A stretch of 64,000 bases of DNA, from positions 3,852-67,851 of the forward strand of contig CAZXAK010000040.1 of assembly GCA_964638145.1 (NCBI GenBank), written 5' to 3'. Positions within the stretch are counted from its first letter, which is position 1. Every line of letters starts with the position of its first letter. A program made the translations under genes and the position numbers. The notes below the pieces were generated by a model. The model worked only from the letters and a program-made list of their open reading frames with translations, made no database searches and was not told the DNA's origin. Positions 27,521 to 37,347 of the stretch are shown here, in pieces. Source of the stretch: an uncultured Desulfobacterales bacterium. GTDB taxonomy: Bacteria > Desulfobacterota > Dissulfuribacteria > Dissulfuribacterales > QOAL01.

Positions 27521-28126
27521 CTATCTCTCCAGTGCCGTGAAACCGGACAGGTCAGTGCCCTTTGCCAGCCTTTCACCAAGTTCTTTCATGTGGTCCATGG
27601 CTTGAACATTTCGTTTTATGGCACCCTTTGCCTCTGTATTCCTATAAAGAAGCGCACCTTCATAGTCTGCATCAACAGCATCAAAGAAATATCTCATCAC
27701 CCTGACCACACCATCGAATAACATCTTGCCCTTGGTGGCGCCCACAGAGATGAAGATACCCTTTCTGCGCCTTCCGCCCCATGGCCCCTGTTTGAGCAGA
27801 TACTTCCGTACCCAGCACGCCTGAGACCTCTCCACCATTGCCTGAGTTATGGACGTGATATTGTAAAAGAAGATAGGTGAGGCAACCACCAGCACGTGAG
27901 CATCTGCTATCTTGTCAAAGAGCTCATTGCCATCATCCTTCAATATGCATCTGCCGGTCTCATCGCATCCGCCACATTCAAGACAGGGTTTCAGCTCAAG
28001 CTTCACCAGCCGGACCTTTTCTGCAGAGGCCCCGTGTTCCAGGGCTGATTCAAGGAGGGTGTCTGTTAGGATATCCGTATTCCCATCCTTACGCGGAGAA
28101 CCGTTTACAATGAGTATATCTGCCAT
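27521..28126 (-). CDS. Iron-sulfur flavoprotein (Isf-like, NADPH-dependent FMN reductase fold)
   Basis: ILIVNGSPRKDGNT and the compact Cys motif CLECGGCDETGRC (C-x2-C-x2-C-x5-C). ATG 28126 lies 7 nt after GGAGAGAGG; the track start 28162 lies inside MITE B3. Confidence 0.8.
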   Translation of the reverse strand: MADILIVNGSPRKDGNTDILTDTLLESALEHGASAEKVRLVKLELKPCLECGGCDETGRCILKDDGNELFDKIADAHVLVVASPIFFYNITSITQAMVERSQACWVRKYLLKQGPWGGRRRKGIFISVGATKGKMLFDGVVRVMRYFFDAVDADYEGALLYRNTEAKGAIKRNVQAMDHMKELGERLAKGTDLSGFTALER

Positions 28127-28147
28127 AAAACGACCTCTCTCCTGATC

Positions 28148-28310
28148 CATACTACCGGACACATATACGGCCGATGGTGTTTTTTTCTGTTTTTAAAGCT
28201 CATCAAGTTACAATGATCTGTTGATGATATGTTTGCCCGCGGTCAAAACCGTGCAAAAAGCACCATCGGCCTTGCCAGTTGCTTCTGCATTTCAGGTGTC
28301 CAGTAGTATG
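28148..28310 (-). mobile_element. Family-B element, copy B3 (163 bp)
   Basis: Ends CATACTACCGGAC ... GTCCAGTAGTATG (12/13 inverted). Flanking 9-mers CTCCTGATC / CCCCTGGTC match 7/9. Confidence 0.85.
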
Positions 28311-28479
28311 CCCCTGGTCCATAACTTTGCAACCGGGGATATTAGGGGTGAAGATATGAAAGTACGTGACCAAACCGAGTGTTCAGTTTATTATGGGCGG
28401 CACACTTTTTAAAGTAAAATCTGCCATGTGACCCGTTGGTCCATGCAGAAATTTTCATTTCAGATCCGTAGGAGGAAAG

Positions 28480-29703
<1,224 letters not shown>

Positions 29704-29760
29704 CCCTCCATTCGGGTATGAGACATGCTCGCGCGTGTCACCTTGTAAGAGGGACGCGGT

Positions 29761-29785
29761 TGCCAGGGGGGGGATCCCCCTGGCA
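29761..29785 (+). other. GC-rich 10-bp stem-loop in the icd-comF spacer
   Basis: TGCCAGGGGG-gggat-CCCCCTGGCA, followed by an A-run rather than a T-run, 8 nt before the comF ATG. Confidence 0.5.
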
Positions 29786-29792
29786 AAAAAAC

Positions 29793-30551
29793 ATGAAACG
29801 CCTCTTGGAAAATCTTCTCGGCCTGCTCTTTCCACCTGTATGCGCAGCTTGCAGGCTCCCTCTTCCCACCATGGGGAAATTCCTGTGCGCAGAGTGCCTA
29901 TCAGGGGTGAAACAGTTAGAATCCCCAAAATGCAGCATATGCGGCCTACCTTTTGAATCACGCTCCGGTCCTGATCACATCTGCGGTAAATGCATGAAGA
30001 GGCGGCCAAGCTTCAAACAGGCTGTTTCCTGCTTTATCTATAAGGGTCCAGTACGAAAACTTATTCACAGGATAAAGTTCAATGGGGATGCATATGCCTC
30101 AAGAGCACTCTGCAGCCTGTCAGCAGAGGTTATCAGGGCCTCCATTCTGCAGGAAATGTCCATAACAAATATCATCAGAGGCGCAGGGGTCATGGTTGTA
30201 CCAATCCCGCTTCACATCGCCCGCCTGCGGAGGCGGGGATTCAACCAGGCTGCAACAATGGCAGCAAGTCTCTTTCCAAAAGATAAGGTGTATGTGGACA
30301 TACTACAGAGGACAAGGGATACCAGGCCACAGATGCAGCTATCGGAAAGACAGAGGCATGACAACCTGCGGGGTGCATTCAGGCTCAGGCATAACAGGCA
30401 GGGAGTGGTAAAAGGGGCAAACATCATCCTGTTTGATGATATACTCACTACTGGTGCCACCATGGAAAACGCTGCCTGTGAGCTTGTTAGGGCAGGGGCA
30501 TCCAGTGTTTGCGTCCTGACCCTGTCACGGGCAGTAACAGTAAAAGTGTAG
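29793..30551 (+). CDS. comF: ComF-family phosphoribosyltransferase-like protein
   Basis: N-terminal double CxxC (CAACRLPL...CAECL; CSICGLPF...CGKC). PRTase motif IILFDDILTTGATM. ATG 29793; the track is over-extended to 29700. Confidence 0.85.
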   Translation: MKRLLENLLGLLFPPVCAACRLPLPTMGKFLCAECLSGVKQLESPKCSICGLPFESRSGPDHICGKCMKRRPSFKQAVSCFIYKGPVRKLIHRIKFNGDAYASRALCSLSAEVIRASILQEMSITNIIRGAGVMVVPIPLHIARLRRRGFNQAATMAASLFPKDKVYVDILQRTRDTRPQMQLSERQRHDNLRGAFRLRHNRQGVVKGANIILFDDILTTGATMENAACELVRAGASSVCVLTLSRAVTVKV

Positions 30552-30573
30552 TGGTTTACGGGGTACTTGTCTT

Positions 30574-32226
30574 ATGCTGACCAAACTTGTTGAGACTGAC
30601 CAAAAGAAGGTCTTGAGATTCCGGTTGATCATGTCGGTTCTCGGCGTGGTGATAATCATTGCTGTGATACTGGTATCTGTCCAGTTCTATCAGACCAGAC
30701 ACAACAAGAAACAGTTCTCGGCGTTCGTCGTAAAGAGTGTTGCAGGAATCGAAAAGAAGAAACTGGAAGGACTCATTGACGAAATCGAGGGAACCCTCAA
30801 GGTCTTTCGTGACTGGGGAGAATCAGGCCTCATTGATATAAGCGCCCCAGGCAACCTAAATGCCAAACTCTTTCCCATATTCAAACAGCATCCCCTGATA
30901 CAGGCCCTTGTAATCGCAGACAGCAGGGGGACAGAATACATGATATTCCGGGAGCAGAGAGGGTTCAGGACCTTTTTTATCAAGACATCCGGCAAGCAGG
31001 GCCGCGTCGTATATGTACAGGAGTGTACAGCCCCTGACAGATGCCAGAAGAGCGATGACACCACTGCAGCCGCAGCGGCCATAATCAGGCAGAAGATCAT
31101 CACCGAAGGCTACGACTCGTCTGACATGAATGAGATTCAGTGGTCGGCCCCTGTGCTCACCGACGTTGAACAGGGTCCTGCCGTTGGCGCAACCCTCCAT
31201 TACCAGCACAAGAGAGATCCGAAAGAACACGGCCTGGTCAGCATCATAGTAAACCTCGACGATATATTCGGCACTGTCCAGGCAGGCAGGACCACCTCGG
31301 TGGGCATACCATTTCTGCTGGAGACAGACGACTGGCATGTGCTTGTGAAACATCAGGAATTTTCCGGCTGCCATACCCCGGAAGGACAGGAACAGAAGAT
31401 AGACTCCCTCGACGTGCTGAAGCATGTGGTGGCAGAATGGAAACAGAAGGGAGACATCCCGCACGGGCCGTTCAGCTTTAGCTGGATGGGCCGCAAGTGG
31501 TGGATAGCCATATCGCCGCTTGGGAAGGAGACTAAGGGATCGGATCGCAGGATGTGGGTAGGTACCCTTATTCCGGAAAGAGACATGAGAGAGGTGGTAA
31601 GCTCATCGGCCAGTACCCCCGTGGCGTTCTATCTCGTCGTGCTCCTTGCCGGTGCAGGCCTGATTGCCTGGCTCATGTGGAAACATGGCAGCGCGCTGTC
31701 AGGGACAAGACATGGGCAGGACTCAGGCAGTAGCATCACTCCAGATGATATCATCAGGGTCATAAGGCAGGGAGAAGGGGACCAGGTAGAATTCAAGTCC
31801 ACCATGAGGAAAAACCTCCATACCGGCAAGTTTGGAAAGGAGATAGAGCTGGCCTGGCTCAAGGCCGTGGTATCCTTCATGAACTCCAAAGGGGGCATAC
31901 TTCTCATCGGGGTTGACGACAAGGGCAATGTGATTGGCATTGAAGACGATGAATTTGAAAACGACGACAGATGCGGCCTTCACTTCAAGAACCTCATAAA
32001 TCAGCATGTAGGGGCAGAGTTCTTCCCCTTCATAGATTTTGCCATCTGTGAGATAGATGGCAAAAAGGTAGTGGCAGTACGGGTGCGAAGCTCTGACAGA
32101 CCGGTATTTCTCACTGTGGGAAAGGAGGAGGCATTCTGGGTCCGCTCAGGGCCATCAAACATGAAGCTGTCAGTGAGCAAGGCCCTTCATTATATTGAGA
32201 CCAGAAAAAAACAGGGAAAAAAGTGA
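30574..32226 (+). CDS. Two-TM membrane protein: periplasmic sensor-like domain (about 310 aa) plus cytoplasmic AlbA_2 (Schlafen-like) domain
   Basis: TM1 about aa 17-39, TM2 about aa 349-369. C-terminal EGDQVEFKSTMRKNL...LKAVVSFMNSKGGILLIGVDDKGNVIGI matches the AlbA_2 signature (E..EFK ... GG.l.iGv.D.G...G). Confidence 0.7.
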   Translation: MLTKLVETDQKKVLRFRLIMSVLGVVIIIAVILVSVQFYQTRHNKKQFSAFVVKSVAGIEKKKLEGLIDEIEGTLKVFRDWGESGLIDISAPGNLNAKLFPIFKQHPLIQALVIADSRGTEYMIFREQRGFRTFFIKTSGKQGRVVYVQECTAPDRCQKSDDTTAAAAAIIRQKIITEGYDSSDMNEIQWSAPVLTDVEQGPAVGATLHYQHKRDPKEHGLVSIIVNLDDIFGTVQAGRTTSVGIPFLLETDDWHVLVKHQEFSGCHTPEGQEQKIDSLDVLKHVVAEWKQKGDIPHGPFSFSWMGRKWWIAISPLGKETKGSDRRMWVGTLIPERDMREVVSSSASTPVAFYLVVLLAGAGLIAWLMWKHGSALSGTRHGQDSGSSITPDDIIRVIRQGEGDQVEFKSTMRKNLHTGKFGKEIELAWLKAVVSFMNSKGGILLIGVDDKGNVIGIEDDEFENDDRCGLHFKNLINQHVGAEFFPFIDFAICEIDGKKVVAVRVRSSDRPVFLTVGKEEAFWVRSGPSNMKLSVSKALHYIETRKKQGKK

Positions 32227-32612
32227 ATGGATATTCAGCGTCATGATTGACAGCGGCCCTGAATTTTGTATTTTGTAGGGTCAGGCATGAGCATCAGGCA
32301 AGGATAATGTCCCATCAGTGATCACGGGAGAGGGAAAATCAGTTAACCATTCACAAGTGAGGCGGCTAATGATCCTGGTATACAGCAACCGTACACCTAA
32401 TGTCAGTTCATCCATCCGCCACAATTCCAATAATGGAATGACTGATGCAGCTTACTTGCGCACCTCAGTTCACTATACCCTGTGGTATTGGAATAACAGG
32501 GTATGTACGACCTACTTACCGTAAGTAATGCATGCTGAACGGGCACACCTCTTTCACACAGGGAGTGGCTGCATGCAAAAACAGCGTAACATGAAAGTTT
32601 GAGGAGGGAAAA

Positions 32613-33530
32613 ATGAAAAGAGTTTCTTTAATCCTGCTAACCATCTGCTGTTTCTTCTTTTTAACCGTCTTTTCCGCAGTGGGAGAGGAAAAGGCAGCAC
32701 CAGCAGCAGAAAAACCGGCAAAGACAGAGACCAAGCAGGCGGCTCAACCCGAGGCCAAGAAGGGTGATGAGCAAAAAAGTGAGGCACAGGCAGCCTCCGA
32801 CCAGGAGAATGCAGGTATCGCGTTAACCGATGCCGACTGTGTCAAGTGTCACCGCAAGGAAGTGATGGATGTTGATGAAAACGGAGCATCCCACAAGGAC
32901 GTAGGCTGTACAGAGTGCCACCTTGAGCATCCGCCAGCAGGGAAGAACTGCATTCCTCAGTGCTCAATGTGTCACATGCCTGAAGACAACGAGCACTTCA
33001 AGGTGCAGGGATGTGTGGTATGCCACTATCCACACCATCCACTCAAGATCGATTTCACAAAGGCAAATCCTGCAAAGCCTGCCTGTATAGCCTGTCATGC
33101 CGAGCAGGATGCCGAGATGAAACTCCATCCCAGCGCACACTCAGAACAGGATTGCAACAACTGTCACTACTCTCATGGGCTTGGTGAGGGCCAGTACAAC
33201 ACATGTGTTGACTGTCACGAAGGCCATTCAGACGACATGACAGTTTCTGACTGCCTCAAGTGTCACAAGCCTCACAGCCCCACAGATGTAACTTATGGAG
33301 ACGACGTAGCCCCCAAGCTGTGCGCAGCATGTCACGATACGGAAGCAGGACTCCTTGCAGCATCCAAGACAGCTCACCATGACCTGGCCTGTGTTGAGTG
33401 TCACCCCGAACACCACAAGAACATAATGCAGTGTGAAGAGTGCCACGATCAGCCTCATGATGAGTACATACACAACAAGTTCCCCAAATGCCTTGACTGT
33501 CACAGGGATCCGCATAACCTTGCGAAGTGA
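32613..33530 (+). CDS. Dodecahaem cytochrome c (12 CxxCH; three tetrahaem modules A-B-C), secreted
   Basis: Signal peptide MKRVSLILLTICCFFFLTVFSA and a Lys/Glu/Ala-rich linker. 12 CxxCH counted by hand: CVKCH, CTECH, CSMCH, CVVCH, CIACH, CNNCH, CVDCH, CLKCH, CAACH, CVECH, CEECH, CLDCH. Confidence 0.92.
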   Translation: MKRVSLILLTICCFFFLTVFSAVGEEKAAPAAEKPAKTETKQAAQPEAKKGDEQKSEAQAASDQENAGIALTDADCVKCHRKEVMDVDENGASHKDVGCTECHLEHPPAGKNCIPQCSMCHMPEDNEHFKVQGCVVCHYPHHPLKIDFTKANPAKPACIACHAEQDAEMKLHPSAHSEQDCNNCHYSHGLGEGQYNTCVDCHEGHSDDMTVSDCLKCHKPHSPTDVTYGDDVAPKLCAACHDTEAGLLAASKTAHHDLACVECHPEHHKNIMQCEECHDQPHDEYIHNKFPKCLDCHRDPHNLAK

Positions 33531-33538
33531 TCCTGTTT

Positions 33539-33560
33539 GGCCCGCTCTATAGAGCGGGCC
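33539..33560 (+). other. Intercistronic perfect 9-bp stem-loop between cytochrome genes 1 and 2
   Basis: GGCCCGCTC-tata-GAGCGGGCC, 9 nt after the stop. No T-run follows. Confidence 0.55.
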
Positions 33561-33586
33561 TCATAAAAAGGGAAAAGGTGGTGAGG

Positions 33587-34861
33587 ATGAAAGCTCTTTT
33601 CAGTTACGGCTGGTTGTGGTCTCTGATCTTCCTGCTCTGTGCCTCTGGTGTAAGGGCCGAGGTCAAAGAGCCGGTACTGTCAGACAATGACTGCATAAAG
33701 TGTCATGATGATATTGTCTCAATGGTAAAAGGGCAGAAGTCAGCCCACAGGGACAAGATCGGGTGCCTTGACTGTCACAAGGGACACCCGCCTGCAGGCA
33801 AGGTAATCATTCCTAAGTGCAGTATGTGCCATGACCCTGCGGACAAGAAACACTTCACCCTCAAAGACTGCAAGAGATGCCACAATCCTCATGCACCAAT
33901 TATTACAGACTTTGCCAAACTCAAAAATGTCGCACCAGGCTGCATTACCTGTCATCCGCAGCCTGGTGAAGACCTGAAGAAATTTCCAAGTGCCCACTCC
34001 AAACAGGACTGCAACAACTGTCATACAGGCCATGGACTGAAAAAGGGCAGGTACCACACCTGTACTGACTGCCACAAGAAGCACGCTGACAACCTTACAA
34101 TCAAGGACTGCCTAGCATGTCACAGCCCGCACAAACCGGCTGTTTACATCTGGACAAAGCAGGCCACGGCTGACAGATGCGCTGCGTGCCATAAAGATAT
34201 AGTCAAAACCTTTAAGAAAAGCGGTGGTGCTCACCTTGAAAACCTCCAGTGCATAGAGTGCCATGAGAAACATCCACCTCACAAGGAGGGGGTTATTCCC
34301 AAGTGCCAGTCATGCCACAACCCTGATGAGAACAGACACTTTACAGCGGCTGACTGTACGAAATGCCACGATCCGCATGCACCTATGGAATTCGACCTGT
34401 CAAAGGTCAAGGACGTAAAACCCGCATGTGCCACCTGTCACGAAGGGCCGGTCAAGGAGATGAAACTCCATCCGAGTGCCCATGCCAAACTTGATTGCAA
34501 TGCATGCCACAGGGTTCACGGCCAGTTCCTCAAGTGTACGGAGTGTCATGATCCGCACAGCCCTGACATGAAGTATGAGGACTGCCTCAAGTGCCACCAG
34601 CCGCACGCCCCGACACTCCTGGAGTATGGTTCCAGTATCAAGCCAGCCCTGTGCGGTGCATGTCACCAGCAGGAGGCTGCAGAACTTGAGACAAATACCA
34701 CCAAGCATCATGAGTTGAACTGCGCGTTCTGTCACAGGAGAAGACACAAGTCTATTCTGACGTGTGTGGAGTGTCACGGAGAGCCACACAGAAAATCCGT
34801 GCACAAGCAGTATACTGACTGCCACACCTGTCATGGCAGTCCTCATGCGCTTCAGAAATAA
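33587..34861 (+). CDS. Icosahaem cytochrome c (20 CxxCH; modules A-B-A-B-C), secreted
   Basis: ATG 33587 after GGTGGTGAGG. Signal peptide MKALFSYGWLWSLIFLLCASGVRA. 20 CxxCH counted by hand. Confidence 0.92.
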   Translation: MKALFSYGWLWSLIFLLCASGVRAEVKEPVLSDNDCIKCHDDIVSMVKGQKSAHRDKIGCLDCHKGHPPAGKVIIPKCSMCHDPADKKHFTLKDCKRCHNPHAPIITDFAKLKNVAPGCITCHPQPGEDLKKFPSAHSKQDCNNCHTGHGLKKGRYHTCTDCHKKHADNLTIKDCLACHSPHKPAVYIWTKQATADRCAACHKDIVKTFKKSGGAHLENLQCIECHEKHPPHKEGVIPKCQSCHNPDENRHFTAADCTKCHDPHAPMEFDLSKVKDVKPACATCHEGPVKEMKLHPSAHAKLDCNACHRVHGQFLKCTECHDPHSPDMKYEDCLKCHQPHAPTLLEYGSSIKPALCGACHQQEAAELETNTTKHHELNCAFCHRRRHKSILTCVECHGEPHRKSVHKQYTDCHTCHGSPHALQK

Positions 34862-34920
34862 TCCCTGATACGCCTTTTTCGGAGTGGAGATTGAAAAAAC
34901 AGGGATTGACAATTGGTTCT

Positions 34921-34955
34921 GCAGGCCCTTCTATCAACACCATGAAGGGGCCTGC
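34921..34955 (+). terminator. Stem-loop (possible attenuator or partial terminator) between cytochrome genes 2 and 3
   Basis: GCAGGCCCTTC / GAAGGGGCCTGC: 11 bp with one bulge and a 12-nt loop, followed by AATTTGTAT. Confidence 0.4.
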
Positions 34956-35113
34956 AATTTGTATATCATGGTAGAGACCTTTGTTTTGTCGTACCATCGT
35001 GCAGAAAATGTACCTTTGCAATACCACATGCCCTGAAACACTCTATTAATCCACTTTTTCACAATCACGCTTTCAGAGCATGGCAATAAGCAGGGGGAGG
35101 AGAGCAGGGTAAG

Positions 35114-36097
35114 ATGAAAAAAGACAACCGGAGAAAACAGTTCAGCCTCTTAGCATGTTGCTGTCTTATCTCTTTCATTTTTCTTATGTCTCATGGGGTG
35201 TATGCCTCTGAGAAGAGTGCCACTGAGACAAAAGAAAAGGCAACCCGGCAACAGGAAGAAACTGTCACCAAGGCAACGGGGAAAGAGGGCAGCAAAAAGG
35301 TCGTCAAGGAAAAGACTCCACCTGCAAAGAAAGCCGGGGGGGAGGATATCTACAGTGAGGATATCAAGCCTCTGACCTCAAGGGAGTGCGCCAGGTGTCA
35401 CTACACGGTATATCTTGCAATAAAACAGGGTAAGGGTGCACACAAGAAGGCCTGTACATTCTGCCACAAGACCTATCACAACTTCCAGCGCGGACTAACG
35501 TGGGACCAGCGTGTACCTCACTGCGTAAACTGCCACAAGCTCCCTCATGGAGATTCCAATGGCATGAGACAGTGCCTCAAGTGTCACACCAATGCACATG
35601 CGCCGCTTGCCAGCATCAAGATGAAGGTCATAGAGCCCATGTGCTCCACCTGTCATGCCAAACAGGCCAAGGAACTTAAGGACTATCCAAGCGGTCACTC
35701 TGCAGTCAACTGCGCTGTCTGCCACCATGATACCCACGGTTTCAGGCCGGCATGTACCGAGTGTCATGAAAAACCCCATACCGCCTACAAGGACAATGCA
35801 GGGTGTATGGCCTGTCACAAGCCACACATGCCCAAGAACATAACCTATGGCCCTGATGTCCCCAACACCATATGTGCCGGATGCCACAAGGGTCCGGTGG
35901 AGAGGATGAAATCAACTACCTCTGCCCACGGCCAGCTGAAGTGTGTGTTCTGTCACGCCCAAAAGCATGGAAACATACCAAAATGCCAGCTCTGTCACTC
36001 TATTCCACATGCAAAAAAGATGATTGAAAAGTTCGGGGACTGCAGCAAGTGCCACGGCAACCCCCACGACCTCAACATGAAAAAGACCAAGAAATAG
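35114..36097 (+). CDS. Dodecahaem cytochrome c (12 CxxCH; modules A'-B-C), secreted
   Basis: Signal peptide and a Lys/Glu-rich linker. 12 CxxCH: CARCH, CTFCH, CVNCH, CLKCH, CSTCH, CAVCH, CTECH, CMACH, CAGCH, CVFCH, CQLCH, CSKCH. Confidence 0.92.
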   Translation: MKKDNRRKQFSLLACCCLISFIFLMSHGVYASEKSATETKEKATRQQEETVTKATGKEGSKKVVKEKTPPAKKAGGEDIYSEDIKPLTSRECARCHYTVYLAIKQGKGAHKKACTFCHKTYHNFQRGLTWDQRVPHCVNCHKLPHGDSNGMRQCLKCHTNAHAPLASIKMKVIEPMCSTCHAKQAKELKDYPSGHSAVNCAVCHHDTHGFRPACTECHEKPHTAYKDNAGCMACHKPHMPKNITYGPDVPNTICAGCHKGPVERMKSTTSAHGQLKCVFCHAQKHGNIPKCQLCHSIPHAKKMIEKFGDCSKCHGNPHDLNMKKTKK

Positions 36098-36146
36098 GGT
36101 GGGCTGAGACAGGGGCCGGTCCGGTACCAACAGGAGGGATCAGAAG

Positions 36147-37292
36147 ATGCAAAACAATGTCAAGGGACTGATAATATTCCTGGTCTGCCTGGCAGGTATG
36201 GCAGGGGCGGCATTCATCATGAAGGCCGTACATCATGATGAGTGCTGGTTCTGTAGCAGCGAGGAGTTCTATGAACGGGGAATCGAGTTGGCCTGCAGTG
36301 AAGACAGTACCAAGAGACAAAAGGGGCTGTCATTCATTGAAAAAGCGGCATCTGAGGGGTATGCCCCTGCTGCCCTGCTGCTATCAGAACTTTATGCCAA
36401 AGGCCAGCCAAAGGGTATCCCGCCTGCAGATAGTCCGGATTCCAAGGTATTGAAGTGCCTTGCAGGCGATGTAAAACCTGACGGGGCAACAGCGCGCAAA
36501 TATCTTGACCAGGCTGCAGAACTCTACCATGCCATGGCAGGAGATTCAGAGAAGGTGGAGCCAGCTCTTGCATATCAACTTGCAGTGATGTACATGTCTC
36601 CACCCTTTTCCAAGCATGATGACGTCTCGTCCTACAAGGCCGCTGAGGTTGCAAAAAGGCTGCTCGGTGTTGCAGCAAAGGGCGGTGTTGTGGATGCCAT
36701 GCTGAAACTTGCCGCTGATGCAGATGCAAAGGGCAATGCTGCCGAGGCACTCAAGTGGTACTCAATGGCCGCAGAGAAAAAACCCAACCAGAAACTCTGT
36801 CTGAAACTGGGCGACCTGTATCTCTATGGCAAGGGTACACCTGTAAACCACAAAGAGGCCCTGAAATGGTACAAGAAGGCACAGACTGAGACAGAAAAAG
36901 CCTGCAAGGATATGCCACCGGAGAAACGGGAACATATGCTTGACATACCGGCAGTGCGCATAGAGATAGCCAAGAGAAAGATGAAACAGGCCGGTGGGGG
37001 AAACCCCATTACTGTAAGCTATGTACTTGAGGGAGATGCCTTTCGCTATGTGATCAAGGTCAGGCAAGAGAGTGGCAAGGAAAAGAAACTGGTCACAGTG
37101 GGAGAGGTGATCAGGACAGACAAGGGGATCAAGGCCCAGGTAGCACCTGGCATCAAGCTGGCAAAGGATGCGCAACGTGAAAAAGACGGTTTTGCATCCA
37201 TGAACCAGGGCATGGAGTGGGTGCTCCGCCAGTGGGCTGCAGCCAGGTTCGGTGCATCTAAGCAGTTCATGTTCAAGCTGGAAAACAGATAG
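36147..37292 (+). CDS. Membrane-anchored Sel1-like (SLR/TPR) repeat protein
   Basis: N-terminal TM LIIFLVCLAGMAGAAFIM. SLR-type repeats (AASEGYAPAALLLSELYAKG; ALKWYSMAAEK...LGDLYLYGKGTPVNHKEALKWYKKA). Confidence 0.75.
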   Translation: MQNNVKGLIIFLVCLAGMAGAAFIMKAVHHDECWFCSSEEFYERGIELACSEDSTKRQKGLSFIEKAASEGYAPAALLLSELYAKGQPKGIPPADSPDSKVLKCLAGDVKPDGATARKYLDQAAELYHAMAGDSEKVEPALAYQLAVMYMSPPFSKHDDVSSYKAAEVAKRLLGVAAKGGVVDAMLKLAADADAKGNAAEALKWYSMAAEKKPNQKLCLKLGDLYLYGKGTPVNHKEALKWYKKAQTETEKACKDMPPEKREHMLDIPAVRIEIAKRKMKQAGGGNPITVSYVLEGDAFRYVIKVRQESGKEKKLVTVGEVIRTDKGIKAQVAPGIKLAKDAQREKDGFASMNQGMEWVLRQWAAARFGASKQFMFKLENR

Positions 37293-37323
37293 TTCATCCT
37301 TCTATTACGCAGCAAACATTAAA

Positions 37324-37347
37324 GGGGCCTGAAGGCCCCTTTTTTTT
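37324..37347 (+). terminator. Rho-independent terminator after the Sel1-repeat gene (overlaps the glgP stop)
   Basis: GGGGCC-tgaa-GGCCCC followed by T8. Confidence 0.85.

Noticed and set aside
37324-37347. Considered whether the hairpin between the Sel1-repeat gene and glgP works as a bidirectional terminator.
   Set aside because: Only the plus strand has a proper U-tract (T8). On the minus strand the stem is followed by TTTAAT, so termination of glgP there is doubtful and is not called.
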